A stretch of 64,000 nucleotides of DNA, from assembly GCF_009914755.1 (NCBI RefSeq), contig NC_060929.1, one strand, 5' to 3'. The notes beneath the pieces were generated by a model. The model saw nothing but the letters and a program-made list of their open reading frames with translations. It did no database searches and had not been told where the DNA came from. How positions within the stretch are numbered: position 1 is the stretch's first letter; the number at the start of each line of letters is the position of its first letter. This document shows positions 56,508-64,000 of the stretch, in pieces. This DNA comes from the human T2T-CHM13v2.0 reference genome, Homo sapiens. Position numbers and translations under genes: made by a program.

Positions 56508-56559
56508 CTATCCTTTGTGTGAAGCAATGAAATCATGTTCTTTTCAATGATCCCAGTGA

Positions 56560-56770
56560 AGGCTACCATTTGCTGAATGAGCATTTACCACTCACTAAGT
56601 CCTCATGTATATTTTCCCTTACAAAGCCCTGCTATTACCATTATTATCCCCACGGAGTAGAATGAAGTCATGGCTCAGAGAGCACCTTGTCTGGAGTTGT
56701 GCCATGAGTTAGTGTCAAAGGTGGGACCCCAAACCCCCGTCTGTCTGACTCTTAGTCGAACAGACTTCTA
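56560..56770 (-). mobile_element. MIR SINE
   Basis: CATTATTATCCCCA...GGCTCAGAGAG...TCTGTCTGACTC. Confidence 0.65.
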
Positions 56771-56782
56771 CTGTGCTCTAAA

Positions 56783-56952
56783 GCAGAGCTTCTTTGACTG
56801 CAGCGTCCACCAGAATTCCTGGAGGGCTTGTTAAAACTGATTACTGGGTTCCATCTTCAAAGATTCTGGTCAGTAGATCTGGGGTGAGGCCTGAGAATTT
56901 GCATTTCTAAGACACTCCCCACGAATGCTAATGCAGTTTGAGCATCACAGCA
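56783..56952. mobile_element. MER5A
   Basis: CAGAATTCCTGGAGGGCTTGTTAAAAC...CAGTAGATCTGGGGTGAGGCCTGAGAATTTGCATTTCTAA. Confidence 0.85.
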
Positions 56953-58319
56953 CTAGAGTTAGCTGTTGGATCCTTTCCTCTGGGGAGTTGGATGCCTCTC
57001 ATTAGCAGTCCTCACTACTTACACGGAGCAATTTAGAAAAGCTTTCTTTTTCCTTCAAGTGTTGTTTAGACAGTAAGTACATGACAAATGGCCAATGAAG
57101 CTGCCGTTAAGTCAGTTAAATGTCTTCAGTTGTTACTTCTGTGGGGTTTGAAGTTGTCATATGTCATCCTCCTCAAGAAGAAAGAACAATTCTCCCTTTG
57201 TGGTGGCTCTTTCATAGAACTTATTTTGTTCTGTCTTTTCTTTCTCCACTTTAGAAATGTTGAACTGTTGTACTCTGCCTCTATTCCAACTAAGCGATGG
57301 TTAGCAAAATATCATCCAATAGATTCCATCCAACTATGTGCCACAGAAATATAATAATCTACCCTCTATGTCTTCTTCCTCAGTTTAGTGAAAGGACTCC
57401 AGCTGGGGTCTGGATTGGTCTTCCCTTTATGTCAATGACCCTGTGGTTGTCTCCTGGAAATTCCAGGGTTTACTTTCAACAGGGGCATCTGCATCTATGC
57501 TGGGCACAAGCACAGACTGCTTAGTAAGAAGGGTCTATTTCAGCTTGCAGCTCTTTTTGTTCTCCTCAAGGAATTGCATGTGTGGTGGGCTAAGCTATTC
57601 CCACAGCATGTGGAAAGAATACCAGTCAGAGTAAAGCAGGCAGAATGACCCTGTGAAGTTTTCAAAGGGTGGGATGTATTTCCATTGGGATAGCTAAGTG
57701 GGAAACCTAAGAGTCAAAAGTCCCCAGTGACTTTGTTCTCTCCTGGTACATTCTATAGACCTCTATCCCCAGCAGTAAAACTATGTCTCTGAGGCCCTTT
57801 TTTTTTATTTTGCAAAATTCAAACTGCAATTTGATGTGATGAGTCTCATAATAACAATTCAAATGACCTCTGGATGAGTCTTCTTCAACTCAGAGTTCAC
57901 AAGCCAGGAGCTTTAAAAAAACAAAAAAATCATTGGCTTCTTGGAAAGCCTTTTACTGTTCCTTTGAGGCAGGGAAATGGAATCAGGGCATACAAGACCT
58001 CGACGTAAAACCCACTACACCTTTTACCCAAAGTAGTGTGACTTGACCACTCTGAAGTCAGCGTTCCCAATTGTCAAACCAACAGATATATTTACATCAT
58101 TGCCCTGGATGAAACGGAATGAGAGGATGGAATGGAATATCACAGATGAAAGTGCTTGAAACGTTTAGAACTTCAGAAAATATTAGTAGAATCTGATCCC
58201 TATTAAACACCTAACTTAATCTCTCTAATCTTTTTCTCTGGGGAAAAGCAACATTTGAACTGGTAACAAAATCAGACTCAGAATTCAGCAAAGTTCAAAG
58301 TGCACATCAGTGGGAAGCA

Positions 58320-58545
58320 ATGGAGCATGAAGGCTAATAACTTTGACATGAGTGTTTGTCCTTGCTCTGCCACTCACTAGTGGTGTGACTTTTGTGAGGC
58401 TTCTTGAAATCCCCAGGTAGTTCAGGGTACTTAAAATAGTCTTTTTTTTTTTTTTTTAAATAGAGTTGCTATAAGCATGAAATAATTATGTATGAAGTTC
58501 TTCTCATAGTAATACATAGTGAACACTCAGTAAATGGGGTTATTT
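58320..58545 (+). mobile_element. MIR SINE
   Basis: GCTCTGCCACTCACTAGTGGTGTGAC...ACATAGTGAACACTCAGTAAATG. Confidence 0.7.
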
Positions 58546-58626
58546 TCATTGATAACTACACTCTGTAAACTTAATGAAGGTTAAGGATCCTTCTCCCACA
58601 AATGTGTGTGTATATATATGTACACA

Positions 58627-59790
58627 CAGTCATGCATTGCTTAACAATGGAAATACATTCTGAGAAATGCCTTATTAGGCAATTTAATCATCATGTAATC
58701 ATCACAGAGTGTATTAACACAAACCTAGATGGTGTAGCCCACTGCACACCTAGGCTGTAAGGGATAGCCTATTGCTCCTAGGCTACAAATCTGTACAGCA
58801 TGTTACTGTATTGAATACTGTAGGCAATGGTGACACAATGGTAAGTATTTGTGTATCTAAACATAGAAAAGGTAAAATAAAGATACAGTATAAAAGATAA
58901 TGGTGCACCAGGATAGGGCAGTTACCATGAATAGAGCTGACAGGACTGGAAGTTGCTCTGGGTGAGTCAGTGAGTGAACGGTGAGTGAAGGTGAAGGCCT
59001 AGGACATTACTGTACACTACTGTAGACTTTAAAAGCACCGTACACTTAGGCTACACTAAATTTAAAAAATTGTTCTTCAATAATAAATGAACTTTAGCTT
59101 ACTGTAACTTTTTTATTTGACAAAGTTTTTCCTTTTTAAAACTCTTTGACTCTTTTATAATAACACAGCTTAAAAACAAATACATTATACAGCTGTACAA
59201 AAATATTTCTTTATCCTTCTATAAACTTTTTCTATTTTAAAAATTTACTTTTTATTTTTTTACTTTTTGAACTTCTTTTTTTATTGTTAAAAACGAAGAC
59301 AGAAACACACACAGTAGCCTAGACCTACACAGGGTCAGGATCATCAGTATTGCTGTCTTCCACCTCCACATCTTGTCCGACTGGAAGGTCTTCAGGGGCA
59401 ATAACATTCATGGAACTGTCGTCTCCTATGATAACAATGCCTTCTTCTGGAATACCTCCTGAAGGATCTGCCTGAGGCTGTTTCACATTAAGTTGATTTT
59501 TAATAAGTAGAAGTAGTACACTGTAAAATAATGATAATAAGTATACTATATCAAATGCACTAACCAGTACCATAGCCATTTATTATCATCAAATATCATG
59601 TACTGTACATAATTGTACATGCTATACTTTGGTATGGATGGCAGTGCAGTAGGTTTGATTACACCAGCATCACCATGAACATGTGAGTAATGCATCGTGC
59701 TATGATGTTGCTAGGTGAAAGGAATTTTTCAGCTCCATTGTAATCTTATGTGGTCTGTTGACCAAAAAATCATTATGCAGAGCTTCACTG
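58627..59790. mobile_element. Tigger3b (TcMar-Tigger) non-autonomous DNA transposon, essentially complete
   Basis: TIR-like ends CAGTCATGCATTGCTTAAC ... CATTATGCAGAGCTTCACTG|TA; ACAAACCTAGATGG, TTGCTCCTAGGCTACAAA; transposase C-terminal remnant GIPEEGIVIIGDDSSM...DDPDPV on the minus strand. Confidence 0.92.
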
Positions 59791-61149
59791 TATATTTTCA
59801 CAACATTTTGCATATAATTTTAGGGAGTTCATGGAGTTCCTTGTTGCCTATCTATGGCCATTTGGGCCCCTGGGCCTCATGGATGATATTATTGATCCAC
59901 CAGCAGGTGAGTTGGGCTTTGTAGTGTAGTAATAATTTTTTTTCTTTTATCCTCAGATGTTGAGTTTATGGACTTTCAAATGTGCTGTTATAACTAATTG
60001 AATGTGAAAACTCAATGCAGCCTAGAAGCTTCCTGGCTCCTGTAAGTCTGTCCAAACCCAGCCTGGATCACAGTTACATGGCTTGTGATGTGCAAAGCTT
60101 TTCCTAGGAGTCCCTGTGGCCTTGCCCTCATCTTCCTCTGTGGTTCTTCTATGGTCTCTGTGGGCCCTTTGCCTACAGTTTCTATTGTGCTATGTGACAC
60201 CCTGTACACAGAACTCAGCTCCTTTACTGGTTTTCACGAGATTCCCAATTGAACGTTTGGTGCCTTTGGTGAAGAATCACATTTTGGAGTGAAGTGTTTC
60301 ACCATCTTGATCGCTCCATCCCGCCTTTCTTCTTTCACTCTGCTACATCAAAAGAATTTCTCTCTTCATGTGAATCCTCAGCCATATCTAGGCCCAGCAG
60401 AATTTCACTTTCTGTCCTATCCATTCATCAGGAGTTTTTTCCCCTCAGTTTTTCCTCTTTCTTTCCTATGAGAAATTTAATGGAATTTTTTTCTCCCTCT
60501 TATTCCTTATGAATTAATATTATTTGGGACTACGGATCTCATTCTGTTTTCCTAGTGCCTGGGGCAGTACCAATCATATAACAGATGTTTACCAGTTGGA
60601 TCAAAGAAGAAGAAAGGAAGAGAGAGAGGAAGGTAAGAAAATAAGAATAGAGGAAGGAAGGAAAGAAATCCCTAACTTTGTCCTGGATCCAGATTGTGAC
60701 TGCATTAACAGCTCAGAGATTGTTAAAGTAGCTCTCCTCCTACTTCTTACTGCTGAGGAGGGTTTTTTTTTTTAAATCCCTTTTTCTTTTATTCCCAGTA
60801 TATCAGCAATTTCCCCAAGCCAATTTCTAGCTCTTAAAATAGATTCACACTGTGGTTCTTCCTTCTGTGTGTGTGTGTGAAGTAAGAGAAATTCACAACT
60901 CACTTCATAATCCCCTCACAGGTAATTAATTAACTCAGGGGGCAGTCTCAAGAAGCCAGAAGCATGTTGGCTTTAATTTCCCTTTCTGAGATTCTCTTCC
61001 TTCTATTAACTTTACCTTTCCTCAGTCAGGGCAAAAAATTAATTTGTGTCCCTCCCATCTTTGGATGTAAGTGGTCCCTTCGACAGCTTTTTCTTAGAAT
61101 GGTCATTTCCTCACTTCCTGTAAACTGTAATCCTCCTGTGTGGCTTTTC

Positions 61150-62183
61150 CCTTTTTAGAGAAAATTTACTGGAATTTGGGAATGAGCTTGCTTTGTTTTA
61201 AGATAGAAATATAAGTGTGGGCCTCTTTATTTCTTTGGGACATCTCTTCATGGCATTCTGAGAGAGATCGGAGTTGATCCTTATGGACTGGATCTCCCCA
61301 TGTGGTATTGAGGTGGTGTAGACTGAGGAAGTTTGGTGAATTAAACAGAGAAAAAGGAAGGAGAAGGTTAGAAGAAGCCACGGGCAACTTCCTGTTTTTT
61401 GGGCGAATGGAGCTTGATTTTCAGCTTCATACAATTGTATTCTCTGCATTAGCTTCAGGGTAGTACAAGAAAATGAAGGAAGGGGTCTTTCCTTTGTAAA
61501 ATTGAATTAATGTATTCAGACAGGTAAAACTGAATTGAGTGACTAGACTGTTAAGCCTGTAATTTAATCACGTACAAGATTTACATCTGCACACAGTTTG
61601 TGTGCTGTGTGAGTAGGAGGGGTGGTACCTTCATTTCTGTATCTCAGGACTTAGCCTGATGCCTATCACATGGTTAGAAGTCAAAACTCTTTGAGTTGAT
61701 TGATACTGGTTAACTGGTTGCTCGAAAATATATAGAGCTGAGGGTACCACAGTGGCAGACTACTTTAGAGAAGTAAAAAGAAAAGGCTTCCTCCCAAAGT
61801 TGAAATATTTGAAAGACAATTCTCAAAAACTCTTGGAAGATGTTGGTGGAAGATGTCTGGTTTAATTTCTATTTACTTCAAGCTCTACACTAAATGATAA
61901 ATGTTAAGTGAAAAGAAGACTCAGTACTTGACTCCAAGGACACCATAGTCTGGAAGGGTAGAAAGAGAAGTAATTAGATAATTTAAAATACATGATGCCA
62001 GGCAGTTTAGTTGCAGTTCAGCATTTCAGCTACACAATTCCATTTTCAGAAAGAATATATTAGGATTTGGGAATAAGTCTACATTGACTCATAATAGAAA
62101 TGTAAATGTGAGGTTCTTTAACTTTTTGAGAGACTCTTCATGGGATTCTGAGAGAGACCAGGATTGATCCTTACAGACTGGAT
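61150..62183 (+). repeat. Diverged direct duplication of about 140 bp (about 61151-61293 and 62041-62183)
   Basis: Core 61244-61293 vs 62134-62183 matches 43/50; upstream ATTTGGGAAT.AG and ATAGAAAT.TAA.TGTG also align. Confidence 0.85.
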
Positions 62184-63259
62184 GACTGTGATGTCCACTA
62201 AAAGAGTCACCCAAGTGGCTCTGCATGTGCAACAATATGAATACACTTAATCTTGCTGGGACTCCCCTGGGGATCAGCAGTCCACTGTACATAGTTGGAT
62301 GGATATTCTAATGAGACACTTGGGGATGGAGAGGGTCAGACTTCCAAGGGGCATGTGCAGTCACATTAGATGATCACCAAATGGCCTGCTAAAAAGCACA
62401 GTGCCATTTCTCTGTGGAACCTCACTTTTGCTGTAAGGAAAGGGCAAGTTCATGGGCAGTTAAATCACTTAGAACATTAATGGAGAGGTGGAGGGCTGCC
62501 CCCAGCTTCCATGCAGTTTCCTGTCTCTCTGTTGAATCAATGTTGAACAAATATTGAGAGAATCTTTATTTAACTGCATCCTGGTTACCAGTTCTGTAGC
62601 GTCCACATGTGTCCCAATCCCATCATTAACCTGGATGTGATGTAGATCCCTCTCTGTGTGCCAGCTCCGTGCCATGGTTCCACATGCATCGACGGAATCA
62701 CTCTCATTAGGTCGTCCCAATGGAGGGAGGCCAATCGGGGAAAAGTTCAAGAGTTAGAATAATTTTAAGAAATTAGGCTTGATTATTTTCAAGTTTCCAC
62801 CAACAGGAACTCGTTGTGGGGTTAGAGGGGAAGAGGAGACACTTGTCTTAGAGAACCCTGTGAATGTCTTAATAATCAGATAAGAATCTTGTTTACTTAG
62901 CATTTTCAGTATTAGAAAGCAAGTAGGACCAAAGTGAGACTTGAGAACTGTGTGTTCTTCACTGCAGAGATTCTACAAACAGATGTATGCTTAGACTTCA
63001 TGAACCGTGCAGGAAGGCATTGAGATTCAGTTGGGAAGAGTTTCGGAAGAGACTATGAATGATTAAGCTGGAAAACATCAAAGGAGAATGGATTTCTCCT
63101 TAAATGCCCTCTACAATATTATTTGTCTTCAAAATGTTCGAGTGATTTTAATAGTATCCTAGTGTTTATCTTATAAATTCCTCCTCATTCTTTAGAACCC
63201 ACTTTGGTGCCAGTATCACTGATCAAGAAAGTGATCCCTAATCTCCCCTGCCTCCTAGA

Positions 63260-63460
63260 ATTCATCTGCCCTTTCCACATGCTGATGTCACTACTCTGAC
63301 CACACTGAATTGTCAGTGGGCTTATTTGCAGGTCTGTCTTCCATACTGGACAGGGAGGTCTTTGAGTCTAGGTATTGGCTTCATTTATCTCTGGGTCCTT
63401 ATTTCAACCGAGCATTTGGCACACTGCAATTACTTGGTATGTATCTGATTAATAAAGAAA
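63260..63460 (+). mobile_element. L2 3' end fragment
   Basis: GTCTGTCTTCCATACTGGAC...TTCATTTATCTCTG...AGCATTTGGCACA. Confidence 0.7.
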
Positions 63461-63559
63461 CACACTTATCATAAGTACAATATTTATTCTGCAACTTTTG
63501 GTGGCCATGAATAAACATGCTGGTTTTCTTTCCGGCTTCAGGTCATAGTTTATTCTAAC

Positions 63560-63700
63560 CTAATTAAATTAACTCATGGATGAGACCACTGAGTTTAAAT
63601 CATTCTCCCAAGGCTATAGAACTTGTTAGATGGCCCATCCAGGACCAGGACACAGGCATCCAAGGACGCAGGACTCCAAGCCTGGTGCTCTTTCTTTCCC
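63560..63700 (-). mobile_element. MIR fragment
   Basis: GATGAGACCACTGAG...CCCAAGG...GACTCCAAGCCTGGTGCTCTTTC. Confidence 0.6.
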
Positions 63701-63828
63701 CTTTTCATTTCTGACTTCAAAAAACAGCACATGTTTAGAATAGAATGTTAAAGAACAAAGAAAATTCCTCCTAAATTCAACTACCTAGAGACAACCAACA
63801 TCAGCATTTTGGCAAATATCCCTTCTAA

Positions 63829-63850
63829 TGTGTGTGTGTGTGTGTGTGTG
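63829..63850. repeat. (TG)11 microsatellite
   Basis: Read directly; purine-pyrimidine alternation continues as CGCATGTATACA. Confidence 0.9.
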
Positions 63851-64000
63851 CGCATGTATACAATTTTACACATGTAACTAGCTATTAAATGGGGTTCTTT
63901 GAGTTGTTTCAGAGTGTTAGCTGAGGCCCCAAATCTCAGGACAATGGAAGACAAGTACTCACACATTCTAGAGAGAGGAGCTGGAGCATTCTTACTGAAA

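Noticed and set aside
59325-59579. Acidic 84-aa ORF that might be a domesticated transposase
   Set aside because: Standard transposase C-terminal remnant carried by Tigger3b; no DNA-binding or DDE domain visible.
59824-59960. Donor CAG|GTGAGT (about 59906) followed by acceptor TTTTATCCTCAG (about 59956)
   Set aside because: The implied intron of about 50 nt is below the usual human minimum, and no reading frame supports it.
62469-62750. 93-aa minus-strand ORF over the CpG patch
   Set aside because: Non-ATG start, no recognisable domain and no convincing splice sites; kept only as a regulatory candidate.

Overview
This is primate (most likely human or great ape) nuclear DNA: AT-rich, CpG-depleted and repeat-rich, and it looks intergenic or deep-intronic. 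I found no protein-coding exon, RNA gene or CpG island that I can support, and I cannot name the locus. The supplied ORFs are short, stop-limited, and mostly Alu, L1, LTR or Tigger translations. Recognisable content: 17 Alus (J, S and Y types, most with visible target-site duplications, TSDs); a 5'-truncated L1PA3-like copy (6053-7426); an old L1M (about 8460-10720); a near-full-length L1PA15/16-like copy (about 41185-47900) carrying four Alus; an intact solo LTR1 (23139-23938); several MaLR LTRs; DNA-transposon fossils (MER20B, MER58, MER5, MER2, MER119, MER81/94, MER103, Tigger3b); and many MIR/L2 fragments. Family names come from my recall of consensus sequences, not from a search. I see no evidence for a novel multi-gene system. 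The most interesting signals are small: (i) a 32-bp templated insertion copied from 1.76 kb away, with a fold-back tail; (ii) a roughly 55-bp TSD-flanked insert that could be a micro-retrocopy; (iii) two head-to-head Alus whose 28-bp spacer consists only of their two TSDs; (iv) a 118-bp x2.5 tandem array; (v) an LTR16-like fragment inside an MLT1F LTR; (vi) an unidentified diverged 140-bp duplication near a CpG/CCAAT patch; and (vii) repeat-poor, motif-rich candidate regulatory stretches.
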